DNA of 64,000 bases from a virus. Numbering within the stretch: the stretch's first letter is position 1; the number at the start of each line of letters is the position of its first letter. The position numbers and the translations under genes were made by a program. The notes under the pieces were generated by a model. That model was not told the origin of the DNA. It saw nothing but the letters and a program-made list of their open reading frames with translations, and made no database searches. Below, one piece after another: positions 29,970-39,924 of the stretch. The DNA lies in IMG/VR virus record IMGVR_UViG_3300020473_000024, positions 1 to 64,000 of that record; one strand, written 5' to 3'.

Positions 29970-30144
29970 GAGCGTCTGATAAAAGGTCTACTTGCTCCTG
30001 AAGGATTTCTTTCTCGTGCTCAGACCAAGCCAGCTCTTCTTGTAAGCGAGAAATAGTCTCATCTTTGTTCTGAAGAATATCAACATACAGTTGTGTTAGA
30101 TCAAAATATCTAGACATAACTCCTCCTATTTGTTTATAGCCCAC
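29935..30144 (-). CDS. coiled-coil hypothetical protein
   Basis: AGGAGG before the internal ATG MSRYF. Confidence 0.55.
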   Translation of the reverse strand: MGYKQIGGVMSRYFDLTQLYVDILQNKDETISRLQEELAWSEHEKEILQEQVDLLSDALDKEKCRGKVI

Positions 30145-30187
30145 CCTACATCGAGCCTAGGGTAGGTGAATGTCGTCAACAAACCAT

Positions 30188-30216
30188 AGTGTACAGAAAT
30201 GCTATAATAAATGCAA
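30188..30216 (-). promoter_or_regulatory. sigma70-type promoter
   Basis: TTGCAT-17-TACACT. Confidence 0.55.
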
Positions 30217-30253
30217 CATAATAAAAGAATCTTTTTAATAATCACTCACCATC

Positions 30254-30679
30254 CTAATCGTTGCGGATTTTGTTGGCGTAATCGATTAAGTCCTCGTAGT
30301 CAACAAGCTCCTTGTATTTGTATACATTACTATGACTCTCAAGGTCTTGCTCGTACTTTAATTCTTCTGCCGCTTTTTCAATCACCTTGGCATCATGCTC
30401 GGCTAGGCTGGTTTTTGGTAGGGACACTAAGTACTCACATACGAATGTACTAAATTTAGTAGCTGAACTATCCCCGTACCACATTTCATTACGTATTTTG
30501 TTAAAAACTACCGCCAACTCATCACGCTCGCGTTCTAACTCAGTGAGTTTACTCACTACCTCTGCATTTTTTCGCTCAAGGTCTGCGGTGCGTTGTTGGA
30601 GTTCGACTAGACGATTGGCTACATCGTGCTCGCAGTTAATACGCAACTCATTTATCAATTCTTCCATTGTGTTAGTCAT
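30254..30679 (-). CDS. coiled-coil hypothetical protein
   Basis: GGAG RBS; ERERDELA coiled coil. Confidence 0.6.
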   Translation of the reverse strand: MTNTMEELINELRINCEHDVANRLVELQQRTADLERKNAEVVSKLTELERERDELAVVFNKIRNEMWYGDSSATKFSTFVCEYLVSLPKTSLAEHDAKVIEKAAEELKYEQDLESHSNVYKYKELVDYEDLIDYANKIRND

Positions 30680-30848
30680 TGGTGTTCTCCTGATTTTTTA
30701 TCTTGCATATCTCTAAAGCTGTCTGGTAGTCGTTTAGAGTCATATATGTAGCGCCTAACTTGTTGTCGTAGATAACCAAATCGTCACAAACACAAGTTTC
30801 AGGATGGCAGGAGCAATTATTACCCTTAACTTCGTACCTTTCACTCAT
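30672..30848 (-). CDS. small Cys-rich protein (58 aa, not in ORF track)
   Basis: CSCHPETCVC motif; overlaps both neighbours. Confidence 0.6.
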   Translation of the reverse strand: MSERYEVKGNNCSCHPETCVCDDLVIYDNKLGATYMTLNDYQTALEICKIKNQENTND

Positions 30849-31110
30849 CATCTTGCTCCTTTAGGGTATTCTTGCCCAAAATTTCATCTTTCTCAAGTTG
30901 TCTTATCGCGGTGTCAATAACACTCAACACTTGAGGTCTATAATGTATTTTTGTTAAGTATTTTACTTTTTGTCTTAACTCCTGCACAGCATCAATACGC
31001 GCTTGCTTGATTGCGGCTAGGTGGTCTTTTAGTTCTACCATTTCTTTAACCCAATCGGCATCAACATCATGCGTCATAATAGCTACTGTATGCGTCTTAA
31101 TCTTGCTCAT
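30841..31110 (-). CDS. hypothetical protein
   Basis: GGAG RBS before MSKIKT. Confidence 0.55.
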   Translation of the reverse strand: MSKIKTHTVAIMTHDVDADWVKEMVELKDHLAAIKQARIDAVQELRQKVKYLTKIHYRPQVLSVIDTAIRQLEKDEILGKNTLKEQDDE

Positions 31111-31294
31111 TGGTGTTCTCCATAATCCTGATACAATCATCTAACGCTTTGTTGTATAATTTATCCCCATGCCAAACAGGATTTTTAATGCGTAGCTTGT
31201 TTATCTTCCGTTTGTAGACAAACTTGTAAACTTGTAGCAAAGTCCAGTTAATCATCAGTGTTCTCCTTTGGTTCGCTCGGATCACTATCTCCAC
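31097..31294 (-). CDS. hypothetical protein
   Basis: Coupled ORF (start probably about 31255). Confidence 0.45.
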   Translation of the reverse strand: MEIVIRANQRRTLMINWTLLQVYKFVYKRKINKLRIKNPVWHGDKLYNKALDDCIRIMENTNEQD

Positions 31295-31586
31295 AGTTTA
31301 TACAACAATAACCTCTATTATATAAATGTCCACACTTCCTACATTGATTCGGGTCTGTGTATGCACAGCCTAATTGCGCGAGTTGATCCAATTCCGCAAC
31401 AAGCTCACGCAAGGCGAGGATTTCTTTTAGGTCGTCAACGTTGTGCATATCACGAACCAAATCATAGTCATGTACCATAGGCTTTTGTCTTCCATCACCA
31501 CAATAGTTTAAATTGGGTGATTCGTTGCACCATTCATAAGCACCATCAATAATCTGGCGTAGTTGTTCATCACTAAATTTACCCAT
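31248..31586 (-). CDS. hypothetical protein with C-terminal Zn ribbon
   Basis: CRKCG...CINCG. Confidence 0.6.
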   Translation of the reverse strand: MGKFSDEQLRQIIDGAYEWCNESPNLNYCGDGRQKPMVHDYDLVRDMHNVDDLKEILALRELVAELDQLAQLGCAYTDPNQCRKCGHLYNRGYCCINCGDSDPSEPKENTDD

Positions 31587-31779
31587 CTTCTACTTCCTCC
31601 AGTTCAACACAGCTATGCTTAAAGAAAATGTCCCAATACCCATCTCTATCTTTACAGACAACACAACTTTCGTCAACCCCATCCACTTCCATATAACCAG
31701 AAGCTAAGTAGAAGGATTTACGATCCTCTATCACTTCAGTTGGAGTGAAGACGTGATTTTTAATGACAAGCTGTTGCAC
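31579..31779 (-). CDS. hypothetical protein
   Basis: Coupled ORF. Confidence 0.5.
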   Translation of the reverse strand: MQQLVIKNHVFTPTEVIEDRKSFYLASGYMEVDGVDESCVVCKDRDGYWDIFFKHSCVELEEVEDG

Positions 31780-32063
31780 TACAGTGTTCCTTGCATACTA
31801 ATCTCGGTAGAGTTTACGATACGTGCAAATGTAGCTTCATTCACCCACGTATTAAGTCGAGTGCCAGAGGGTGTTGTAAACACAATACTGTATTTCTTGC
31901 GATTCAAACCCATAATAAGTAGTATAATACACGCTGGGTAGAACAGGATTACCCACAACCCCCAGTACACCCAATGAGGGTAGTGGTTGGAACTTTCAAT
32001 CATGGCTACCTGTTGAGATAGATCCACTTCGTATGAATTATCATCTAAATCTTTAATTTGCAT
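31779..32063 (-). CDS. membrane protein
   Basis: AGGAGG RBS; central TM. Confidence 0.6.
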   Translation of the reverse strand: MQIKDLDDNSYEVDLSQQVAMIESSNHYPHWVYWGLWVILFYPACIILLIMGLNRKKYSIVFTTPSGTRLNTWVNEATFARIVNSTEISMQGTL

Positions 32064-32071
32064 AAGTCCTC

Positions 32072-32323
32072 CTAAAATTCTTCATCTTTTTCAGTGTACT
32101 TGCTCTCAACGTGTTTGTCAAGATACTCTGTAATTATTTTTGCTGACTCGCTATCCCCAAGCATAGCTCGAAGGAGGTGCTTGGATAAGTAGTCACTTTC
32201 CATAATCCGTTGCAGAAGAGGGATGCAAATATCCACCTCATCCATAACACCTTGGGAGGTGTTAGCCTCTCCATAGTTTAAAATATCAGATTTTATCTCC
32301 TTTAGCCGACTCATTGTTATCAC
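32072..32323 (-). CDS. hypothetical protein
   Basis: ORF in the operon. Confidence 0.5.
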   Translation of the reverse strand: MITMSRLKEIKSDILNYGEANTSQGVMDEVDICIPLLQRIMESDYLSKHLLRAMLGDSESAKIITEYLDKHVESKYTEKDEEF

Positions 32324-32549
32324 CTCGCTTCATAAATTCCTCCAATGTCTTAAAAGCTTTCTTCCTACTCGTATCCCTCGGCTGTCTCTTCCAAGCATTG
32401 TATTGTTCTAATGTTACACCATTTTCTGAGGCATATTCCACAATATCATGCCACTGCTTTTGGGCTTCAACAGCGCCCCCATTATCAATGTGGAGGGAAT
32501 ATGTAGCCATCATCCTCTGGATCTGTCTCATAACATGTGTGCTGTGCAT
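32286..32549 (-). CDS. hypothetical protein
   Basis: AAGGAGG RBS. Confidence 0.55.
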   Translation of the reverse strand: MHSTHVMRQIQRMMATYSLHIDNGGAVEAQKQWHDIVEYASENGVTLEQYNAWKRQPRDTSRKKAFKTLEEFMKRGDNNESAKGDKI

Positions 32550-33277
32550 TCATCCTCCTTCATCACCAAGCCATCTTTTAGTAACTGCTTCGCCAATGTT
32601 TTGTAAGTGTATTTGTCAAGAACCTGAGTATTTGCATTTCGTAGAGAGTTTTCAATCTTCTCAAGCAACTCATCTTCTTCGGTGCGGAGTGGACGAAATG
32701 ATTCAGCAAGCCCACTATCGTACTCCAGTTCTGAATAATCCTTATCTCGATATATAGCTCGACAAAGAGCCTCATCATGTCCGACAATAACAACAGGGGC
32801 ACCTGTATTCTTGCACTCAACCGTCGCCCCAACAGGCGGCAACTCACCGCGATTAAACCAATCTCCGTCTGGTTCTTTCGGCTTGTATCGATGGTCGGTA
32901 ATGCGGAAGATTTTGACATCATCCCAACACCAATATCCTACTTCACGAGAACCACAAATTGCCCACCTATCAGTCGAGTAGCAAAACACCGCGACCACCA
33001 AGTAATCAGGCAAATCAGGCTCTTCGCCATTAACCTGATAGTCAACACCCCACTTATAGCCGTTGCACCACCCTAGCTCTTTGGCTACTTGTTCAAATTC
33101 GGTGCGGGTGCAAAAGGTATCACCGCGATTATAAGCTGAACTGGCTTTTTGCGTCCAGTTATATTTACCGCTGTCACTTTTCCATAGGAAATCAAACCCA
33201 CGAATATCAAGATCCGCGTTGCTAGCCAACCCCTTCAAATCCTCAACCGCCTTCTCAATCTTTTCTCGTTCAGTCAT
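32528..33277 (-). CDS. modular hypothetical protein (LPPVG family)
   Basis: W...GELPPVG..VEC module. Confidence 0.65.
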   Translation of the reverse strand: MTEREKIEKAVEDLKGLASNADLDIRGFDFLWKSDSGKYNWTQKASSAYNRGDTFCTRTEFEQVAKELGWCNGYKWGVDYQVNGEEPDLPDYLVVAVFCYSTDRWAICGSREVGYWCWDDVKIFRITDHRYKPKEPDGDWFNRGELPPVGATVECKNTGAPVVIVGHDEALCRAIYRDKDYSELEYDSGLAESFRPLRTEEDELLEKIENSLRNANTQVLDKYTYKTLAKQLLKDGLVMKEDECTAHML

Positions 33278-33287
33278 TGTGTTCTCC

Positions 33288-33668
33288 TTATAACACCAAT
33301 TTACTCATTTCTGAGACAATAAACCACTTAGGTGCTACTAAGATCTGTAACCACTCAATATTAGTGATAACAATAGTAAGTCCTAAACCTATCGCCACTG
33401 CCGAAGCAAGGTTAGCCCCTAGCATATCGTCTGAGCAGTATTCTTCATGCCAACCACCTTTCTTCCAACATTTCCGTAAAATAACTCCACCCACTATAAA
33501 GAAAGGGAGAGATAAAAGGGATAGTAGCAAACTCTCTAGCATAAACCAAGTCATAGCTTGTTGCACAACGTCTGGGATCTGTTCAACAGCCATATCTCCT
33601 GCTTTTCCCAGTCCTTCGATGATCTTTGTTAAGAATTGGTTTAAAGCTTCTTGTAATTTTTCGTTCAT
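33288..33668 (-). CDS. membrane protein
   Basis: EQIPDVV..; two TMs; C-terminal APK. Confidence 0.65.
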   Translation of the reverse strand: MNEKLQEALNQFLTKIIEGLGKAGDMAVEQIPDVVQQAMTWFMLESLLLSLLSLPFFIVGGVILRKCWKKGGWHEEYCSDDMLGANLASAVAIGLGLTIVITNIEWLQILVAPKWFIVSEMSKLVL

Positions 33669-33677
33669 AAGTCCTCC

Positions 33678-34124
33678 TTAAAAATGGTATTCAAACTCAT
33701 CTTGTAGATCTTGGTTATAAAAATTAGTTAGATCGGATCTAACTTCATTAGGATCGTAGATAGGGAGAGGGTAATCTCCCTCTCCTGTCTGGAACTGTTT
33801 TAAGTAGTTTACCATATTACAATATTGATCTTCGTTGGTTACAAACATCCTGCTGAAATCATCTCCCTCTCTTCCAGCATTTTGAATAGCCATAACGGGG
33901 ATACCTTCGAACCACACTGTAGCTAATATCCAAACCCGTCTACCATCGTAACAATGGTTTTTAATATAGCGAATCTCTACCTTTTTGTTAGGGTCTTCGT
34001 AAACTTCCCACTCGTAAGGGTCAAAACTATCGGGAAGGTAGCTGTAGCCATGCCCCGTGAGTACGGTGAAGTGGTGATCAATCTCTTTAGGTGGCATCTC
34101 GTACAATTCGTTAAGTGTATTCAT
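33678..34124 (-). CDS. hypothetical protein
   Basis: YDGRR.W and QNAGREGDD motifs; start after AGGAG. Confidence 0.65.
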   Translation of the reverse strand: MNTLNELYEMPPKEIDHHFTVLTGHGYSYLPDSFDPYEWEVYEDPNKKVEIRYIKNHCYDGRRVWILATVWFEGIPVMAIQNAGREGDDFSRMFVTNEDQYCNMVNYLKQFQTGEGDYPLPIYDPNEVRSDLTNFYNQDLQDEFEYHF

Positions 34125-34171
34125 AACACAATCTCCTGTATAATAAATAATCAATATGTCAATTTGCAACA

Positions 34172-34250
34172 ATAATACCACACCCTCTCAGCCTGTCAAG
34201 TAAAATTTTATAATAAATATTGTTGACAATGTTCTCCTAGTGAGTATTAT
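34172..34250. promoter_or_regulatory. divergent sigma70-type promoter pair
   Basis: Minus TTGACA-16-TATTAT (34172-34199) and plus TTGACA-16-TATTAT (34223-34250) at the strand switch. Confidence 0.75.
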
Positions 34251-34280
34251 ATACCTCTCGATTGTGAGACAACTTAGGAG

Positions 34281-34532
34281 ATGTACATGACTGAACAAAA
34301 ACTACAAACAATTCTATTAGCTATCCAGTGTGTTGGAGAAGGGAAAGACTTACAAGAACATATCGAACAAGTATTGGACAAACACACTGATCCAGAAGAT
34401 GTAGCTGAACTGATTAATTATGTAAAACCTAAACTAGAACAAAACTTACCATTTATGATCCATCATTACTGGTCTGTTGTTTACAACACAGCTGTTGTTT
34501 GGAGAATCGAAAACTCCTCAAACCAATTCTAA
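34281..34532 (+). CDS. hypothetical protein
   Basis: AGGAG RBS. Confidence 0.6.
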   Translation: MYMTEQKLQTILLAIQCVGEGKDLQEHIEQVLDKHTDPEDVAELINYVKPKLEQNLPFMIHHYWSVVYNTAVVWRIENSSNQF

Positions 34533-34721
34533 GACGTTTTCTCCCCTCACCCTAAGCCAACACACAGGGTGGGGGTGGATATCCTCACCACAAGCTTGTT
34601 TAACACCTTAAAATTAACTTAATGGTGTTCTGTTTGGGTAGAAAAACAAAACTAGATCCAGACAGAAAAATTATTAGAAAAAGATCTTGACATAAGGATC
34701 ATTTTCTGATACCCTATTAAT

Positions 34722-34818
34722 TATATATTATATATATATATATATATTAGATCTTTCTTTTTCTTTTATTTATTTTCTTTTTGGTACTTTTTCTTTGTTT
34801 GTTTTTCTTTTTCTTTCT
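34722..34818. repeat. (TA)n run followed by a T-rich tract
   Basis: TATATATA... about 34729-34747, then TTTCTTTT-type repeats. Confidence 0.8.
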
Positions 34819-34828
34819 AGGAGGATTT

Positions 34829-35176
34829 ATGAGTAATATTTTAAAGGCTATCTACCCACCTTTGTTGATAGCTACATTTTTCTTAGTGATGTCTTGTTTT
34901 CACTTAATATTCCTGTTTGGTTATTTTGTGATGGTGCTTGACATCTCTGCTAGATCTAAAGAATACACCTACTTGACAAGGACAGGTGATGTACGCTATG
35001 CTAAAAGAAAGATGAGAGCCAGCTGGTGTGGTAGAACAGCGGCAGTAGCGGCTATTCCAGAGATGCGTGAGTGGTATTATCAGAAGGGTTATCGGTGGTG
35101 GCACATCCTCCCTGAAGGATTCCCTTTGGTGTTCCTAAAACCAGCTTTCTGGAAAACTGTGATTGGGATTAAGTAG
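34829..35176 (+). CDS. hypothetical membrane protein
   Basis: AGGAGG RBS; SWCGR and GYRWWHILP. Confidence 0.65.
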   Translation: MSNILKAIYPPLLIATFFLVMSCFHLIFLFGYFVMVLDISARSKEYTYLTRTGDVRYAKRKMRASWCGRTAAVAAIPEMREWYYQKGYRWWHILPEGFPLVFLKPAFWKTVIGIK

Positions 35177-35187
35177 GAGATATAATT

Positions 35188-35958
35188 ATGCAATATAGTG
35201 GTATAAAAATTCATGTACCAACACCAGAAATCAGCGAGTTGGTGCAACAGAAGTTGTTTGAGGAAGGGTGTCGGTGGTACACTGGAGGCGGTGTGAAACA
35301 TACTTGCTCACATTATCTAATTGTTGATAGTTCTTACACCATCTTTCATTGTGGTGATGACAGGGAGTTTTTTCTTAATAAATCAGAAGAAAAGCAAGTA
35401 CACTACCTTCAAGTGTTGACAGGAGATGACGCTGGAGAATTGTTTACCTATGTAGGTGAGGGTAGGGTTTACTATTATCTAGGCGACTATGCTTATTGGG
35501 TAGGTGGAGGAGAACTTAGAAACACTCACTGGGGCGGCATCCATCGTTTCAGTCAGGTAGAGGCATATCTAATAGATGTTAACGAAAACAGAATAACTGA
35601 GGAGGATAGTTGTATGGGAAGTGAGGTTAATGAAATGCCTGAATTAGAGGCTGGTAAACATGTTGTTAAAATTAGATATAGTTACGAAGATGACGGTAGA
35701 TTTTACTTGGTATTAGAGAACAAAATGGGACAACTTTATGGTAAAGTAATTAATTCTCAGGAGGACTGGACAAGTAATCTTTTTGGTAATGGTTTAATTC
35801 TAGAAGTTCATTCACTGCCCTTATCAGGCTATAATTCTTTCAAGCCAAACAGTTATAACGAATCCACCCTAATCTGGCAACGAAATCCTAATGCAAAGCG
35901 TAAGGCTGAGATTGAGAAACAGATCGAGGAATTACAGAAAGAATTGGAGAGTTTATGA
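35188..35958 (+). CDS. modular hypothetical protein
   Basis: VQ.KLF..G..W N-terminal module; internal RBS+ATG at 35614. Confidence 0.65.
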   Translation: MQYSGIKIHVPTPEISELVQQKLFEEGCRWYTGGGVKHTCSHYLIVDSSYTIFHCGDDREFFLNKSEEKQVHYLQVLTGDDAGELFTYVGEGRVYYYLGDYAYWVGGGELRNTHWGGIHRFSQVEAYLIDVNENRITEEDSCMGSEVNEMPELEAGKHVVKIRYSYEDDGRFYLVLENKMGQLYGKVINSQEDWTSNLFGNGLILEVHSLPLSGYNSFKPNSYNESTLIWQRNPNAKRKAEIEKQIEELQKELESL

Positions 35959-37622
35959 GTGAGTTGATTAATCCTTTCGAGTACCCACCTACAGCACAAC
36001 AAATCGATTGTGTTAATAAGGTGCTGGGTAATCGAGTGGTAAAAATAGACGCGATCGCTGGTTCTGGAAAAACTAGCTCCCTTGAGTTGGTTGCTCATAA
36101 CTTAAAACAAAAGAGTCTCTACCTTACATTCTCCAAAGTTTTGGTTGAAGAGGCTAAAGATAGATTCCCACCTTGGGTGGAGTGCCGTACTATTCACTCT
36201 TTAGCTTTTCGGGCTGAGGGGAGGTTCTATTCTCATAAGCTTAATCGTCCTGACGGGAAGTATAAAAATGTTGCCGCTACAGGCAAGGAGATTGCTGATT
36301 TCTTTAAAATGCGCCCTGTCATGGTGGAAGAAGGGATCATTCTGAGCACAGCGTGGTTAGGTCTTATGGTGAAAAAGACTCTTGCTAAATATGAAGCGAG
36401 TGCTGATGAGTACATCTTAGATAAACACCTCCCTAAAAAGGATATTCAGGATAAGCTCAATACAGTGAAAGCGAAGGTTAAAAATAAAGAGAGTTTGGAT
36501 ATCTTTACAAAGATACATGACGGTATTTTGAAGTATGCTGGACAGTTATGGGAGGAGCGTATAAATCCTGATAGTGACGTGCTTATCACGCATGACACTT
36601 ACGTTAAGATGTTTGCTCTAACACAACCTTATCTAGATTATGATGTTATTTACATTGATGAGGCTCAGGATGTGTCTGAGGTTATGCTGTCTATCGTCAA
36701 GAATCAAGATCATGCTAAACTGGTCTTTGTAGGAGATAGAGACCAGAACATCTACTCTTGGAGGCATAGTATTAATGCTATGGCTGAAGTGGATTGTGTT
36801 CATGGGGAACTCACACAGTCATTCCGATATGGCAAAGAACTTGCTGATATTGCCAGTAAAATTCTCGGTGGTAGAGAAGTGAAAGGGTTTGATAAGGTAG
36901 ACACTAAAGTTGATTTTAGTGGCTTGATTAAGAACGATAAGTACACCAAAATCTTTAGAACCAATGGTGCTCTTCTATCTTCGGCTCTAAAGCTAATCCA
37001 AGAAGGAAAGCGTTTGAACATAGAAACAGACCTCGGTGAGTTTATCGTTATGTTGAAGTCGGCTAAGGCTTTATTCAAAGGAAAGCTCAATCAAGTTAAA
37101 CATGAGGAGATCCTGCCTTATTTGAGCTGGGCTGAGTTTGTAGAAGAGGCTGAAAATGATCCCTCGCTAGAGCGTATTGCGTCTATTGTTGAAGCCAACA
37201 AAGCAGACCACTACTTAGCTGTCCTCCGTAAACATAAGAATGTCACAAATCCTGACATTATTTTTGTAACAGCGCACAAAGCAAAAGGGCGAGAGTTTTC
37301 CAACGTCATACTAGCAGAAGATTTTAACGATGGGTATGAGGATGGTGTTTATAAGGGCTTATCTGAGGAAGAGAAACGTCTACTCTACGTAGCGGCAACA
37401 CGCGCCATTGATAATCTTGAGTACAATGAAGCTGTGGCTAACATCATAGCTGGTATTGAGACAGAGGCTAGTAAAATGTCTCATAATACGCTTCCCGTAG
37501 GTATTACAGTAACGCCAGTGAGTAATTATGACTGGAATCCTTTTAAACTACCTCATCCTAAGGGTGAGATGGCTCAGGATGCTATGGAGAGAGCTTTTTC
37601 GGAAGAAGAATCATTTTTATAA
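35955..37622 (+). CDS. UvrD/Rep-like SF1 helicase
   Basis: AIAGSGKT, IDEAQD, VGD.DQ.IY.WR, LTQSFR, TAHKAKGREF, YVAATRA. Confidence 0.92.
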   Translation: MSELINPFEYPPTAQQIDCVNKVLGNRVVKIDAIAGSGKTSSLELVAHNLKQKSLYLTFSKVLVEEAKDRFPPWVECRTIHSLAFRAEGRFYSHKLNRPDGKYKNVAATGKEIADFFKMRPVMVEEGIILSTAWLGLMVKKTLAKYEASADEYILDKHLPKKDIQDKLNTVKAKVKNKESLDIFTKIHDGILKYAGQLWEERINPDSDVLITHDTYVKMFALTQPYLDYDVIYIDEAQDVSEVMLSIVKNQDHAKLVFVGDRDQNIYSWRHSINAMAEVDCVHGELTQSFRYGKELADIASKILGGREVKGFDKVDTKVDFSGLIKNDKYTKIFRTNGALLSSALKLIQEGKRLNIETDLGEFIVMLKSAKALFKGKLNQVKHEEILPYLSWAEFVEEAENDPSLERIASIVEANKADHYLAVLRKHKNVTNPDIIFVTAHKAKGREFSNVILAEDFNDGYEDGVYKGLSEEEKRLLYVAATRAIDNLEYNEAVANIIAGIETEASKMSHNTLPVGITVTPVSNYDWNPFKLPHPKGEMAQDAMERAFSEEESFL

Positions 37623-37651
37623 CCCTGCACATAATCTTAGGTAGGTGTTTT

Positions 37652-37852
37652 ATGAAAATTATAGATGTTCTTTTAGCTGTGTTCTTTGGTCTTGATGGTG
37701 CAGAAGATGTGGTAACTGCATTGGAATCAGATCCAACCACTGCTTTCATTGATAATAATGTTAATTTATGTGAAAATATTCAAATAGATCTTGACACCGA
37801 GTGTTTGTTTGAATATGATAACTACTCTATTAACTGTGAGGAGGAATTATGA
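37652..37852 (+). CDS. small acidic protein
   Basis: RBS; coupled to the next gene. Confidence 0.45.
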   Translation: MKIIDVLLAVFFGLDGAEDVVTALESDPTTAFIDNNVNLCENIQIDLDTECLFEYDNYSINCEEEL

Positions 37853-38298
37853 GCGATAATACAATTATGTTAATTTTTATAGGGATTTGGGCTGTTAACT
37901 TCCTAATCCCTACTCTAGTGTTTTTAGGAGAAGCTTGGATCAGTTACACTTTCCGAAAAGAAAAAGGAGATCTGTTTACTAAGATCCAGAAATTAAAATA
38001 TAACTTTGTGAGACCGAGGTTTTTTGATAAAGGGGATGCAGGGTTTAGCTGGTTTTTGTTTGACGGAGTTCTAGGCGTTATCTTAATGGCGTTTGCAGGG
38101 GGTATTACAGCAAAAGCTGGTTTCGGATGGATTCTTGTGATAGTTATGCTTGTTGGTATTATCTATATCCCACGCTTTTTGGTTGACATCACTAAATCTC
38201 TTGCCTATAATCGTAAGACAGGCGAGGCTGAACGCCTAGACAAGTTACAGAAAGAGATTGAAGAAATTAAGGCTCGACAAAATGAACGGAGTTATTAA
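37849..38298 (+). CDS. membrane protein
   Basis: Three hydrophobic segments. Confidence 0.65.
   Translation: MSDNTIMLIFIGIWAVNFLIPTLVFLGEAWISYTFRKEKGDLFTKIQKLKYNFVRPRFFDKGDAGFSWFLFDGVLGVILMAFAGGITAKAGFGWILVIVMLVGIIYIPRFLVDITKSLAYNRKTGEAERLDKLQKEIEEIKARQNERSY
38183..38211 (+). promoter_or_regulatory. intragenic sigma70-type promoter
   Basis: Perfect TTGACA-17-TATAAT inside the CDS. Confidence 0.6.
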
Positions 38299-38438
38299 AA
38301 CTAGTTTAGCATTTCTTGGAGGAGCTGTTGTGATATACAGCTTCTATTTATTCTTTAAAATTGTATTGCCTTTCTTACTAATCACTGGTACAGTGGGGTT
38401 GATTGGCTACACGTATTTCAAATACTGGAGGAAATAAT

Positions 38439-39749
38439 ATGGAACTTAAGATGGGAGATTTTATTCGTACATACAAGAAGAGTTACGAAGAAGTGGAGAG
38501 CTTCTGGAAAGCTATTCAAGAAGCTGGTTGTGAGCGAGGTGAAGGGATGGAAGAACTTGAATACTTCGATGATTATGGAGACATCCTCGTATGGGATGAC
38601 GATAATACAACCTATTTTATTGATCAAGACTGTAGAACAGGTCATCGTTATCGTGATGTAACAGATGAGTTCTTTTCAGAAGAAAATACCACCAACTCTG
38701 ACCATGAGGACATGCGTGTAGTGGTTTACTACACAGATGGGTCTAGCTACACTAACAAGCAAGTGGAAGAGGTAGACGTAGACCAGAGTAAGATGTTTAT
38801 TAAAATCGCTCCTCAGGGATCTCTTCTAAGCACTGAGAAACTAGAGGCTGGTGTACAGCTACACAAAAGCATTCAAGAGCTGAGTAAGACTGTTGAGATT
38901 GACTTAGAACATGTTGCTGGTTACTGCGTTATGCGTAAGAAGAGTAAAAATGACATGTGGGCTAAATCCTTCTTTCCATTAAAACCTACTTTCAGTGTAG
39001 AGGCTAGTGTATCTGGTTTGAAAGAGAATAAAGACAAACCTTATATGTTCACTGGGCTTAACAGTGTTTTAGGATTTCCTAAACACGAGCTTCAAGTAAT
39101 TGGTTCTGGTGGAGAAGGGAAGAGTCTTATTGATGAAGCCCTTCTATTAGAAGGTGTGGCTTTCCAAACTTTGATGGATTTAATCAGCAACCCTTCCAAT
39201 TCTACGGGAGCTGGATCTGGATTTAGCCCTAACCTTACGTTAGATAACTATGTTCCAAAGGAAGAGGACATTGTTATTAACGATAAGCTAACTATGGTTG
39301 AATATAAAAAGTGGTGGAAGGTTTGCTTGGATAACGGGTTCACACCAATGTTTAATGAAATCCCTTCTACTAAGAAAAAGTTTGAGGTTACTTGCCTGAG
39401 AGGAGGTAAGATCATGAGTTCAGAGATGAGATATCATACCACCCATCGTGATGTAACACATCTGTTTACAGGGGATTCTGGAGAGGTAGGCACAGATGAA
39501 GGTGTAAAAGCAACAGCTGGTTACACTTTGGCTGATGGCTCAGATAGTGGTGAGTATTATATCGGTGATAAGTTTATTGTCATTGATTCCAGCACCTTCA
39601 GCCTACAAAGTGTTGTCTCTTTATATGGAGATGATAGATCTAGTTGTCCTTTATTCAAACTAGAGGAAGGTCATACAGACCACGACTGTTGTAATGGAGA
39701 TTTAGGGGCTTATGAAGCATGGGAAAACCTAATCCCTCTCACAAAGTAA
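38439..39749 (+). CDS. multi-module hypothetical protein
   Basis: GGAGG RBS; repeated RDVT..F module ends. Confidence 0.65.
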   Translation: MELKMGDFIRTYKKSYEEVESFWKAIQEAGCERGEGMEELEYFDDYGDILVWDDDNTTYFIDQDCRTGHRYRDVTDEFFSEENTTNSDHEDMRVVVYYTDGSSYTNKQVEEVDVDQSKMFIKIAPQGSLLSTEKLEAGVQLHKSIQELSKTVEIDLEHVAGYCVMRKKSKNDMWAKSFFPLKPTFSVEASVSGLKENKDKPYMFTGLNSVLGFPKHELQVIGSGGEGKSLIDEALLLEGVAFQTLMDLISNPSNSTGAGSGFSPNLTLDNYVPKEEDIVINDKLTMVEYKKWWKVCLDNGFTPMFNEIPSTKKKFEVTCLRGGKIMSSEMRYHTTHRDVTHLFTGDSGEVGTDEGVKATAGYTLADGSDSGEYYIGDKFIVIDSSTFSLQSVVSLYGDDRSSCPLFKLEEGHTDHDCCNGDLGAYEAWENLIPLTK

Positions 39750-39765
39750 ATAAGATCTAAATAAT

Positions 39766-39807
39766 AAGCTCATGTCTCTTGACATGGGCTTTTTCTTTAT
39801 GTATGCT
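39766..39807 (+). promoter_or_regulatory. composite terminator/promoter
   Basis: Hairpin AAGCTCATGTC-TCTT-GACATGGGCTTTT containing TTGACA-17-TATGCT. Confidence 0.65.
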
Positions 39808-39924
39808 TTGTGTATATTAATCATCTAGGAGAATACAATGATACAATTTAGTAAAAGATTTTTACCATCTGAAGATATGTTTGTCAAACAGAGTGTTGGG
39901 ATTAAATAATCAGAGGAATAAACT

